The position numbers and the translations under genes are program-made. From NCBI GenBank assembly GCA_046724395.1, contig JBKOWM010000002.1, forward strand, positions 1 through 62,593: a DNA stretch of 62,593 nt, given 5' to 3'. Source of the DNA: Actinomycetota bacterium (lineage in GTDB: Bacteria > Actinomycetota > UBA4738 > HRBIN12). The notes beneath the pieces were generated by a model that worked only from the letters and a program-made list of their open reading frames with translations, was not told the origin of the DNA and searched no databases. Below are positions 41,138-49,575 of this stretch, piece by piece (positions within the stretch are counted from its first letter, which is position 1; the number at the start of each line of letters is the position of its first letter).

Positions 41138-41976
41138 CTCGGCACCGCCACGCCGTCATGGACCAGGACGCGGGTCAGTCGTGCGAAGTCCTCGAGAGCG
41201 AGCCGCTCGGCTCGCACCGATGGATCGAGGTCCGCGTCGCGCAGAACGCGCTCGGCGTCGGCCGCACCAAGGCCTAGGCGGCGCATCGCGTTTCGCATCG
41301 TCTTTCGTCGCTCACCGAAGGACGCGTCGATGACGCCGAACAGCTCGGCCGACTCCATGCCGACGCCCGATGGCCTCGGAGTCAGCCGCAGAACCGACGA
41401 TTCGATCGCGGGGCGCGGCCAGAACACGTCGGGGGGAACACGGCGAAGGATGGAGAGCTCGGCGTGGTACGCGACTTTGACGCTCACGGCGCCGTACGCG
41501 CGCGAGCCGGGGCCGGCGGCGAGCCGCTCCGCGACCTCTTGTTGAACCATGACGACGTACGACCTCACCCCTGGCGCGTCGCCGAGCATCCGCAGCAGCA
41601 GCGGCACTGCGACGTTGTACGGAAGGTTGGCGGCCATCCTCCAAACCCGCCGTCCGAGCGTCGCGCGCCAGTCGACGCGAAGCGCGTCGGCCTGGAGGAT
41701 CGTTACGTTCGGCATGCCGTCGACGACGTCGTGAAGCGCGGCGACCACCCCGCGGTCGAACTCGATAGCCAGTACGTTCGAGCCGGCGTGTGCCAGCGCC
41801 ACGGTCAGCGAACCGAGACCGGCGCCGACCTCGACTATCGCAACGCCGGCCCCGGCACCGGCGTCATCGGCGATGGCCGAGGCGAGGTTCGGATCCGTAA
41901 GGAAATGCTGGCCGAGCGACTTCGAGGGGCGGATGCCGTGGCGTGCGACCAGTGACCGGATCTGAGTCAGCCCCAG
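41134..41976 (-). CDS. rsmA: 16S rRNA (adenine1518/1519-N6)-dimethyltransferase RsmA/KsgA; start codon non-canonical or unresolved
   Basis: The ORF-track GTG (41802) lies after the SAM motif. In-frame upstream I read LTQIRSLVARHGIRPSKSLGQHFLTDPNLASAIADDAGAGAGVAIVEVGAGLGSLT with no ATG/GTG/TTG. In-frame CTGs are at 41974-41976 and 41968-41970. Confidence 0.8.
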   Translation of the reverse strand: MGLTQIRSLVARHGIRPSKSLGQHFLTDPNLASAIADDAGAGAGVAIVEVGAGLGSLTVALAHAGSNVLAIEFDRGVVAALHDVVDGMPNVTILQADALRVDWRATLGRRVWRMAANLPYNVAVPLLLRMLGDAPGVRSYVVMVQQEVAERLAAGPGSRAYGAVSVKVAYHAELSILRRVPPDVFWPRPAIESSVLRLTPRPSGVGMESAELFGVIDASFGERRKTMRNAMRRLGLGAADAERVLRDADLDPSVRAERLALEDFARLTRVLVHDGVAVPR

Positions 41977-42004
41977 AAGCGGCGGCTCGCTCCGGCCGGA
42001 CGCG

Positions 42005-43090
42005 CTACCAGGTGAGGCGGACGTCGATGACGCCCGTGCCGAGGGAGGCGAGGGCCGAGAACGCCTCCTGGGAGAGGTCGATGACTCGCCCGCCGAAGGG
42101 TCCTCGATCGTTGATCACCACCTGGATCGATCGTGCGTTCGCCAGATTCGTGACGGTGACGACCGTACCGAACGGCAGCCACGGATGCGCCGCGGTGAAG
42201 CCGTCGCCGGGCGCGAACGAGTACCAGCTGGCCACGCCCGACTCAGAGCCTTGGGGAGGCGGACTAAGACGACCGATAAGCCTCGTCGCCGGGTCCGCCT
42301 CGTCCAGGACTACGCGGCGAACGAGCGTCTGCGAGGCGACGACACCGTCGACGACCTTGTCCCGGTACACCTCGAGGAGAGACCCAGGATCGCCATCGGA
42401 GGTAACGCGCACCTCGCCGGGTGCGAGCGAGCTGGTGTAGGTGGTCTCGGTGTCGACGGGGATCGGCGTGACGACGCGGCGCGTGCGGACATCGACCTTG
42501 ACGAACGTCACCAGTCGCCCCTCGTGAAGGGGGGTCCTGGGCGGCGGAAGCACGCGGTCGTCAGGGTCGGGATGGATCCCCATGGCCGAGAGGAGTGCGC
42601 CGACCGTGCCCGCGTTCGTGAAGACGTCGTGTTCCTTCCCCATCACGACGACCCGTGCGCGTACGGCCGGCGACGTCCCGACCCAACCCCCCGCGGAGAG
42701 CGGAGCCTCGGCCCGCGCGGTGGCCAGATTCGCCGGCCACTCGGAGGCCTCTTCCACCACCCAGACCCCCACATCCCGGTGATCGCTCGCTGCCGTCGTG
42801 GTGAGGGGCTGGGTGTCCACCACGACGGTCATGCCGTCGGACAGGGGCGTCGACGGCGGCGGCTCCACCTGGTCCTTGCCGTCGAGGGCAATCCCGGTGA
42901 CCGAGAGCAGCTCCCCGACGTTCGCGCTCATCGTTCGGACGGCCTGCGGGCTTCCATTGACGACCAGCGTGACGTTCTTCTGGATCGCGAGGTAGGTCGC
43001 TCCGGCCGATAGGACGACGCTCAGCAGCACGGCGTGACCGACCGCCTTGCGCGTACGCAATCTGCGCACACGCGTCGGGCGAACCCGCAT
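42005..43090 (-). CDS. YabE-like cell-wall protein: TM anchor, DUF348 repeats, G5-like region and C-terminal RlpA-type double-psi beta-barrel
   Basis: C-terminus GVASWYSFAPGDGFTAAHPWLPFGTVVTVTNLANARSIQVVINDRGPF (RlpA/3D-like). Upstream repeats of the type VTLVVNGSPQAVRT...VGELL and VVVMGKEHDVFTNAGTVGALL. It occupies the rpfB/yabE position before ksgA. Confidence 0.85.
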   Translation of the reverse strand: MRVRPTRVRRLRTRKAVGHAVLLSVVLSAGATYLAIQKNVTLVVNGSPQAVRTMSANVGELLSVTGIALDGKDQVEPPPSTPLSDGMTVVVDTQPLTTTAASDHRDVGVWVVEEASEWPANLATARAEAPLSAGGWVGTSPAVRARVVVMGKEHDVFTNAGTVGALLSAMGIHPDPDDRVLPPPRTPLHEGRLVTFVKVDVRTRRVVTPIPVDTETTYTSSLAPGEVRVTSDGDPGSLLEVYRDKVVDGVVASQTLVRRVVLDEADPATRLIGRLSPPPQGSESGVASWYSFAPGDGFTAAHPWLPFGTVVTVTNLANARSIQVVINDRGPFGGRVIDLSQEAFSALASLGTGVIDVRLTW

Positions 43091-43112
43091 CCTTCCTCCT
43101 GTTCGAGGAAGG
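43091..43112 (-). promoter_or_regulatory. 8-bp perfect hairpin sequestering the Shine-Dalgarno of the yabE-like gene
   Basis: mRNA reads CCUUCCUC-GAACAG-GAGGAAGG-AUG. The 3' arm is the SD and abuts the start codon. Read directly from 43091-43112. Confidence 0.4.
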
Positions 43113-43198
43113 CCTCGGGGGGAAGCGGCGGGGCCGGACCGAAGCCTTCAAGCGCACGACTCCGGACGCTATCAAACCCTCAACCCTTACTGCAAACT

Positions 43199-44026
43199 TC
43201 ATCCCCGACTCCGGCTGGTCTCGTTTTCCACCGTCGACAGGGGCGGAAAGGCGGCCCGAGCGTTGGCCGTCGTCGCCCGCCGAACGACCTCGGCCGGCTC
43301 ACCACGAACCCTCGCGAGCTCGTCGATGACGTCGAGAACGTTGGCGGGCTCGTTGTCGCGGCCGCGAAGTCGCTGAGGAGCCAGAAACGGGCTGTCGGTC
43401 TCGACGAGGATGCGATCGAGGGGGATCGCGGCCGCCGCCGCGCGGAGCTCCTCGTTCCTGGGATAGGTCAGGTTGCCGGCGAACGAGAGGTGATACCCGC
43501 GCGATGCGCATTCGCCGGCGACGTCGGCGTCCCCTGTGAAGCAGTGGAGGACGACGCGTTCGGCGGATCCCTCATCCAGTAGTTGAAGCATCCTCGGCCA
43601 GGCGTCGCGGGTGTGGACGACGAGTGGAAGGTCTGCGGCGCGTGAGAGGTCGATGTGTGCGCGCAGAACGCGCTCCTGATCCTCGGCCGGCGAGCGCATC
43701 CTGAAGTAGTCGAGGCCGCACTCCCCGACTCCGATAACCATTGGTTCGATGAGCAGGCGCTCGATCTCCGCCCGCGCGCTGTCGTCGAACGCCGAGGCGT
43801 CGTGGGGATGCATCCCAGCCGTCGCGAACACCCCCCGGTACGAGTGCGCCAGCGCGACCGCCTGCCGGCTGGTGTCTGGGTCGATCCCGGGGCACACGAA
43901 CGTCTCCACCCCGACCGCTCGGGCGGCCTCGACGGCGGGTGCAGGGTCGTCCCCAATCAGGAACAAATGGCAGTGCGTGTCGACGGCTCCGCTCTGCACC
44001 CGTTCTTCAGGGTTGTGGTCGGCCAT
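43199..44026 (-). CDS. tatD: TatD-family metal-dependent hydrolase/DNase
   Basis: VDTHCHLF, GECGLDYF, LVVHTRDA, VLHCFTG, LVETDSPFLAP. Confidence 0.9.
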   Translation of the reverse strand: MADHNPEERVQSGAVDTHCHLFLIGDDPAPAVEAARAVGVETFVCPGIDPDTSRQAVALAHSYRGVFATAGMHPHDASAFDDSARAEIERLLIEPMVIGVGECGLDYFRMRSPAEDQERVLRAHIDLSRAADLPLVVHTRDAWPRMLQLLDEGSAERVVLHCFTGDADVAGECASRGYHLSFAGNLTYPRNEELRAAAAAIPLDRILVETDSPFLAPQRLRGRDNEPANVLDVIDELARVRGEPAEVVRRATTANARAAFPPLSTVENETSRSRG

Positions 44027-44170
44027 CGCCGCGCCACGATAGCCGCTCTCTACCTCGACTCGATACGTGCCGGCGCAACCGGACGGCCGACCGCGCGATG
44101 CTCAGCGGCTGTGTTGAGCCGGAGTCGAGGCGGCGGGTCTCACGTGAAACGACGCTGGTGCCACCCTCAC

Positions 44171-45706
44171 TCAGGACTCGAGGCGAGGGAACAGCGCATC
44201 GCCCTTGCTCGTCGTCGTCCCCGGGCGAAGTCCGCCCCATTTGAGAGCTTCGGGAACTCGCTGATCCGAGAGCGGGACGTCGATGCCGAGCTGCTCCCAG
44301 AGCCGTCCAGCAGCCGAGGGCATGATCGGCGAAATGAGGATCGCCAGAACGCGGAGTGTCTCGGCGGCGGCGTAAAGGATCGAGCCGAGCTCCGCCCGCC
44401 GAGATCCGTCCTTCGCGATCTTCCACGGCTCCTTCTCGACGAGGTAGCCGTTCGCTCGGTCGACGATCTCCCAGACCGCCGCCACCGAAGGCGTCAGCTG
44501 GAGGTCCAATATCGACTCGTCGACTCGCCTGCCGACGTCGGCGACGACCGACGATAGGTCGCCGTCCACGCCGTCGGCGAAGGGGTCGGGCACGACCCCG
44601 TCGAAGTACGACCCGAGCATCGCCAGTACGCGGCTCGCGAGGTTGCCGAGCCCGTTCGCCAGGTCGGCGTTGTGGCGCTCGATGATCGCCTCAAGCGAGT
44701 AGTTGCCGTCCTGACCGAACGGTACCTCCCTTAGGAAGAAGTACCGATAGGAGTCGACGCCGAACCGATCCAGGAGCTCGAATGGGTGTACGCCTGTCCC
44801 CCTGCTCTTCGACATCTTCTCGCCGCCGACCGTCAGGAACCCGTGGACCAGGACGGTCTTGGGGACCTCGATGCCGGCCGCCATGAGGAGCGCCGGCCAG
44901 ATGACGGCATGGAACCGTGCGATGTCCTTGCCGATGACGTGCACGTCGCACGGCCAGACCCGGTCGAACATCGACCCCGGAACGCCGAAGGCGGGCGCCG
45001 TGATGTAGTTGAGCAGCGCGTCGATCCACACGTAGATGACGTGAGAGGGGTCCCAGGGGACCGGGATCCCCCACTCCGACCCCGACCGTGAGATCGACAG
45101 GTCTCGCAGCCCGCCGCGGACGAAAGCGACCACCTCGTTCCGGCGGAACGACGGTATGACGAATTCGGGGCGCTCGTCGTACAGACGAAGAAGTGGCTCC
45201 TGATACTTCGACAGCGGGAAGAAGTAGTTGTCCTCCTTCAGCCATTGGCAGGCGGTGAGGTGGATCGGACACAGGCGGCCTTCGACGAGTTCGCTTTCCT
45301 GCTTGAACTCCTCGCACGAGAAGCAGTAGGGACCCTCGTACGTGCCGAGGTACACCTGCCCTCGGTCGTACAGGAGCTGGACGAACCGCTGGACCCGCTC
45401 CGTGTGCCGCTCCTCCGACGTCCGAATGAAGTCGTCATTCGAGATCTCGAGACGCTCCCAGACGTGCCGCCACTTCGGGACCATGCGATCCGTCCACTCC
45501 TGCGGCGTGATGCCGTGCTCGGCAGCCGAGCGAGCCACGTTGTGGCTGTGCTCGTCGGCGCCTGTCAGGAAGAACACGTCCTCGCCGCGTAGCCGGTGAT
45601 ACCGAGCTATGAGATCGCAGGCGATGATCTCGTACGCGGTTCCGACGTGGGGCTCAGCGTTGACGTATGGGATGGCGGAGGTGACGTAGAAGACGTCGCG
45701 GCCCAT
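44171..45706 (-). CDS. metG: Methionine--tRNA ligase (short form, about 511 aa)
   Basis: FYVTSAIPYVNAEPHVGTAYE and KMSKSRG. ATG at 45704-45706. The 277 codons upstream in the ORF track are Arg-rich and overlap the next gene. Confidence 0.95.
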   Translation of the reverse strand: MGRDVFYVTSAIPYVNAEPHVGTAYEIIACDLIARYHRLRGEDVFFLTGADEHSHNVARSAAEHGITPQEWTDRMVPKWRHVWERLEISNDDFIRTSEERHTERVQRFVQLLYDRGQVYLGTYEGPYCFSCEEFKQESELVEGRLCPIHLTACQWLKEDNYFFPLSKYQEPLLRLYDERPEFVIPSFRRNEVVAFVRGGLRDLSISRSGSEWGIPVPWDPSHVIYVWIDALLNYITAPAFGVPGSMFDRVWPCDVHVIGKDIARFHAVIWPALLMAAGIEVPKTVLVHGFLTVGGEKMSKSRGTGVHPFELLDRFGVDSYRYFFLREVPFGQDGNYSLEAIIERHNADLANGLGNLASRVLAMLGSYFDGVVPDPFADGVDGDLSSVVADVGRRVDESILDLQLTPSVAAVWEIVDRANGYLVEKEPWKIAKDGSRRAELGSILYAAAETLRVLAILISPIMPSAAGRLWEQLGIDVPLSDQRVPEALKWGGLRPGTTTSKGDALFPRLES

Positions 45707-45753
45707 GGTCGAGGCATCGTACCGCGAGGGTTTGCGACGGCTTCGCGAACGGA

Positions 45754-46605
45754 CTACGGCGCCGGGCAGGCTCCGCGACCGCCGAGGATCTCGAGGCCGC
45801 GCCGATCGCCCGGTCCCCAGTCGGCGAGCCGCAGGTCGGGGACGCGCTCGGCGCCCGATACGTTCGGCGACCACATCAGCTCGCCACCGTCTCCGACATG
45901 GCCGAGCCCCATGACGTGACCGAGCTCGTGCATCAGCACGACGCCCTCGCTGTACCGCCCCGAGAACCCCGTCGGCAGGCGCTCGCCCGCGTCGATGACG
46001 ACGAGCCCACTCTCGTAGGTCTCGTGGTCTTCGCCATCGCCGACCCGGGGCAGCGCGAAGGCGGCCGCGCGACGGGTCTCGGCCAAGTAGTCGAAATGGG
46101 CATGCGGCGCCCAGGTGATCAGCACCGGCAGCCAGCGGGTCTCCGTTCCCCCGGTCTGAAAGACGCGTCCGATCTGCTGATCCGCTGTCCGCGTCGTCGT
46201 GCCGTCGAAAACGAAGCGGTACCCGCTGGCGTCCGCGACGCGCGCGATCGCCTCGCGAACGTCTGCGAGTGCGGCGCTCGGCGCGTCGACGACGTTCACC
46301 TCGTAATGGATTGCTTGGCACGGATCCCAGCGGAAGGGCCGCCCGTCGGGCGTCTCGCGCAGGAACCGGAAGTGGCCGTCGGCGTCCGGCGAGAGGGTCC
46401 GTGCCGCGATCCCGCCGATCGATCCGATCGCCGAGGCGATGAGCGCGGCGGCGAGAAGGATCGCGACGACAACGAGCCCCGTTCGCCGACGGCGCGGTGG
46501 CTCCCCGGTCGCGCCCCCGCCATCCGACACGGGCCACGGAAACGCTTCGTCGGGCCTCCGCGGCGTCCCGTCACGCCCGGGCGGCGGCGGAAGAGCGGTG
46601 TCCAC
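45754..46605 (-). CDS. Membrane-anchored metzincin-type zinc metalloprotease (matrixin/M10-like)
   Basis: HELGHVMGLGH (HExxHxxGxxH) followed by a possible Met-turn ELMW. TM LVVVAILLAAALIASAIG. Start is uncertain; GTG at 46603-46605 was chosen because it lies below the rsmI stop. Confidence 0.72.
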   Translation of the reverse strand: MDTALPPPPGRDGTPRRPDEAFPWPVSDGGGATGEPPRRRRTGLVVVAILLAAALIASAIGSIGGIAARTLSPDADGHFRFLRETPDGRPFRWDPCQAIHYEVNVVDAPSAALADVREAIARVADASGYRFVFDGTTTRTADQQIGRVFQTGGTETRWLPVLITWAPHAHFDYLAETRRAAAFALPRVGDGEDHETYESGLVVIDAGERLPTGFSGRYSEGVVLMHELGHVMGLGHVGDGGELMWSPNVSGAERVPDLRLADWGPGDRRGLEILGGRGACPAP

Positions 46606-46693
46606 GCCGTCGATGGTACGAGCGCCGCCGTGGCCGAGGGATCGGCCGTGCGGCGTCCCCCGGCCGGCGCGAACGGGTATCGGCGACCCTCGC

Positions 46694-47515
46694 TCAATGT
46701 CGGACGAGCGAGCGATAGACCTCGTTCGCCGAAACGCCGTGGCGACGCGAGGCCTCGGCTGCCGCCTCCCGCTTTCGCGCGCCGGCCTCGACGAGCGATC
46801 GGGCTTCGGAGATCGCAGCGGCCAGATCGGGGACGGATCGTTCGGCGGCGCCCTCGAGGACGACGACGACCTCGCCGCGCGGCCCGCCCGTCTCGAACGC
46901 ATCGAGGACTTCGGACACTCGGCCACGCAGGACCTCCTCGTGGAGCTTCGTCAGCTCGCGCGCGACGGCGACGCGACGATCGCCGAGCGCGCCGAGCACG
47001 TCGCGAAGCAGCGCGAGGACGCGTCCCGGCGCCTCGAACAGCACGACTGTCCGGAGGTCGTGGCGGAGCTCCGCGAGCCGGGCGCGACGCTCGCCGCCGC
47101 GGCGCGGAAGGAAACCCTCGAAGACGAACCGATCGGTCGGCAGTCCGGAGACGACGAGGGCCGCGATCGCTGCGCTCGGCCCAGGCACGACCGTGACCCG
47201 GATGCCGGCGTCGATGCACGCACTCACGAGGCTGAAACCGGGGTCCGAGATCCCCGGCATTCCGGCGTCGCTCACGAGCGCGACGCTCGCTCCTTCGCGA
47301 AGCCGCGCCACGAGATCCGTCGTGCGGCGCTCCTCGTTCCCCTCGAAGAAGGAAAGGAGCGGCCTCGATATGCCGAGGTGCGCTAACAACCGTCCGGTTC
47401 GCCGCGTATCCTCCGCCGCGACGACGTCGGCACGCGCCAGCGTCACCCGCGCTCGCTCCGTGACATCCGCGAGGTTGCCGATGGGCGTGCCGACGACGAA
47501 CAGCGTCCCGCTCAC
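46694..47515 (-). CDS. rsmI: 16S rRNA (cytidine1402-2'-O)-methyltransferase RsmI
   Basis: GTLFVVGTPIGNLADVT, VAAEDTRRTGRLLAHLGI, LVSDAGMPGISDPG. GTG at 47513-47515 is preferred over 47578, which would overlap the divergent gene. Confidence 0.88.
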   Translation of the reverse strand: MSGTLFVVGTPIGNLADVTERARVTLARADVVAAEDTRRTGRLLAHLGISRPLLSFFEGNEERRTTDLVARLREGASVALVSDAGMPGISDPGFSLVSACIDAGIRVTVVPGPSAAIAALVVSGLPTDRFVFEGFLPRRGGERRARLAELRHDLRTVVLFEAPGRVLALLRDVLGALGDRRVAVARELTKLHEEVLRGRVSEVLDAFETGGPRGEVVVVLEGAAERSVPDLAAAISEARSLVEAGARKREAAAEASRRHGVSANEVYRSLVRH

Positions 47516-47541
47516 GGAGGCGACGCTAGAGTGACCCGCCG

Positions 47542-47964
47542 ATGCCCACAAGCGCGGAGCGGGACTACTCCGGCACACCGCTGCCGAAGAAACTCGGCAT
47601 CCGCGAGAGGGCCCGCGTACTCGTCGTCCGCGCCCCCGGCGACTTCCGGCTCACCGGCCTACCGGACGGGGTGCAGCTGCTCCGCGCGGCGCGGTCGGAC
47701 CTGGACGTCGTCCTGCTGTTCACGACGAGCCTGGGCGATCTCGAGCGTCGTTTCCCGAGGCTCGCCGCGGCACTCGCCCCCGATGGACGCTTGTGGGTGG
47801 TCTGGCCGAAGAAGGCTGCCGGCATCCAGACGGACCTGACGTTCGACTCCGTGCAGCGGACGGGGCTCGACGCGGGGCTCGTGGACAACAAGTCGGCCTC
47901 GGTGACCGACGAGTTCCAGGGGGTACAGTTCGTGATCCGTCTTCGCGATCGCAAGGCGCGATGA
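47542..47964 (+). CDS. DUF3052-like protein
   Basis: YSGTPLPKKLGIRERARVLVVRAP...GRLWVVWPKKAAGIQTDLTFDSVQRTGLDAGLVDNKSASV resembles the actinobacterial DUF3052 family. Call is from memory. Confidence 0.75.
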   Translation: MPTSAERDYSGTPLPKKLGIRERARVLVVRAPGDFRLTGLPDGVQLLRAARSDLDVVLLFTTSLGDLERRFPRLAAALAPDGRLWVVWPKKAAGIQTDLTFDSVQRTGLDAGLVDNKSASVTDEFQGVQFVIRLRDRKAR

Positions 47965-48022
47965 TCGGAAATCATGCGAGCGCGAGACGGTCGTTCGCAC
48001 CTCGTCGCCTACCATCGGGTCG

Positions 48023-49504
48023 GTGACCGCGACCACGACAGAGCCCCAGATCGTCTCGCCTCGGCGCGAGACCCTCCTTGAGGCGTTCCGGCGCTGGCTC
48101 AACAGGCCAACCGTCGCGATCGTCGCGGTCGGGCTCATCGCCGCCGGCGTCCGCTTCGTCCATCTGTCGTACCCGCACGACCGGATCTTCGACGAGATCT
48201 ACTACTCGAAGTCCGGATGCATCTTCCTCGGCTATTCCAACCAGCGGTGCGACGTCGCGAGCGCGGACGAGAAGTTCTGGCGCCGGGAACGGGGCGATGT
48301 CGGGGACTGGGTGCACCCCCCGCTCGGGAAGTGGATCATCGCCGGCGGCGAGCTCGCGTTCGGGACGGAGTCGTTCGGGTGGCGAGTCTCGGCCGCAATA
48401 ACCGGCACCGCGACCGTCGTCCTGCTGGCGATGATCGTGCAGGTGCTGTTCGGCAGTGCGCTGTGGACGTTCGTCGGCGGCCTGCTCCTTGCGACCGAGG
48501 ACCTCAGCGTCGTCCAGTCACGGACGTCCATGCTCGACGTCTTCGTCGCGTTCTGGATCGTCATGGCGTTTCTGTTCGTCCTGCTCGATCGCCGATGGAT
48601 CGACGCTCGCACCCCGCCACCCGAGAGCGATGCGCCGCCGTCGCTGCGCGTCCCATCGCCGTTCCTTCGTCCGTGGCGGATCGCGGCCGGGATCGCGCTC
48701 GGCTGCGCGGTCGCGAGCAAGTGGTCCGGCGCGACCGCCATCCTGGGCGTCGTCGCGCTGTCGGCGCTGTGGGAGATCGAACGGCGGCACCGCGCGGGGA
48801 TCCCATGGCGCAGATCGGTCTGGAAAGCGATTCAGTGGGAGGCCTTTCCGATCGTCGTGTGGCTGCTGGTGCTCCCGGGTGCGGTCTACGTCGCCTCCTA
48901 CGTCGGCTGGTTCGTGCAGTACGGGCTCGACGTCCAGAAGTGGTGGGAGCTGCAGACCGCGATGGCTTCCTATCACGAACACCTTCAATGGATCGATCCG
49001 ACCGATCACAAGCCGATCCACCCCTACCTCTCTCATGCCTGGCAGTGGATCCTGCTCATTCGGCCGGTCCTGTACTTCGCCAGGTACGGCGAGGGGGTCC
49101 GCCGCGTCATCTATGCCAACGGCAATCCCGTGATCTTCTGGGGCAGCCTTGCGGCGATCCCATGGGTCGCGTTCTGGTGGATCCGCCGCCGTGACTGGCG
49201 CGCCGGATACATCCTCATCTCGATCGCAGCGCTGTACCTGCCCTGGTTCCTCGTCTCGCGTCCACAGTTCCTCTTCTACGCCACGACGATCGCGCCGTTC
49301 TTCGTGCTGGCGGACGTCTACCTCATCCGCGGCCTGTCCGCGATCCACATCGCGGGCTCGCGATCCAGGCCGTACCTGCCGATCGCCATCGGCTTCGTCG
49401 TCGTGGCGGTGGCGCTTTTCGCGTGGTTCTGGCCGACGCTGACTGGCGGTCCTCTCTCCGACGCCGCGTGGCGGCTGCGGGCCTGGTTCCCGTCGTGGGT
49501 ATGA
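48023..49504 (+). CDS. Dolichyl/polyprenyl-phosphate-mannose protein O-mannosyltransferase (PMT family)
   Basis: Polytopic 493 aa. Loop-1 motif RIFDEIYYSKSG. Located next to rsmI, as Pmt (Rv1002c) is in M. tuberculosis. Confidence 0.85.
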   Translation: MTATTTEPQIVSPRRETLLEAFRRWLNRPTVAIVAVGLIAAGVRFVHLSYPHDRIFDEIYYSKSGCIFLGYSNQRCDVASADEKFWRRERGDVGDWVHPPLGKWIIAGGELAFGTESFGWRVSAAITGTATVVLLAMIVQVLFGSALWTFVGGLLLATEDLSVVQSRTSMLDVFVAFWIVMAFLFVLLDRRWIDARTPPPESDAPPSLRVPSPFLRPWRIAAGIALGCAVASKWSGATAILGVVALSALWEIERRHRAGIPWRRSVWKAIQWEAFPIVVWLLVLPGAVYVASYVGWFVQYGLDVQKWWELQTAMASYHEHLQWIDPTDHKPIHPYLSHAWQWILLIRPVLYFARYGEGVRRVIYANGNPVIFWGSLAAIPWVAFWWIRRRDWRAGYILISIAALYLPWFLVSRPQFLFYATTIAPFFVLADVYLIRGLSAIHIAGSRSRPYLPIAIGFVVVAVALFAWFWPTLTGGPLSDAAWRLRAWFPSWV

Positions 49505-49575
49505 CGACGGACGCGCGATCAACTGCCACTCTCCGGCGCGGTCGGCCCGGACGCGCGCTGTAGCATCCGGCGCGG

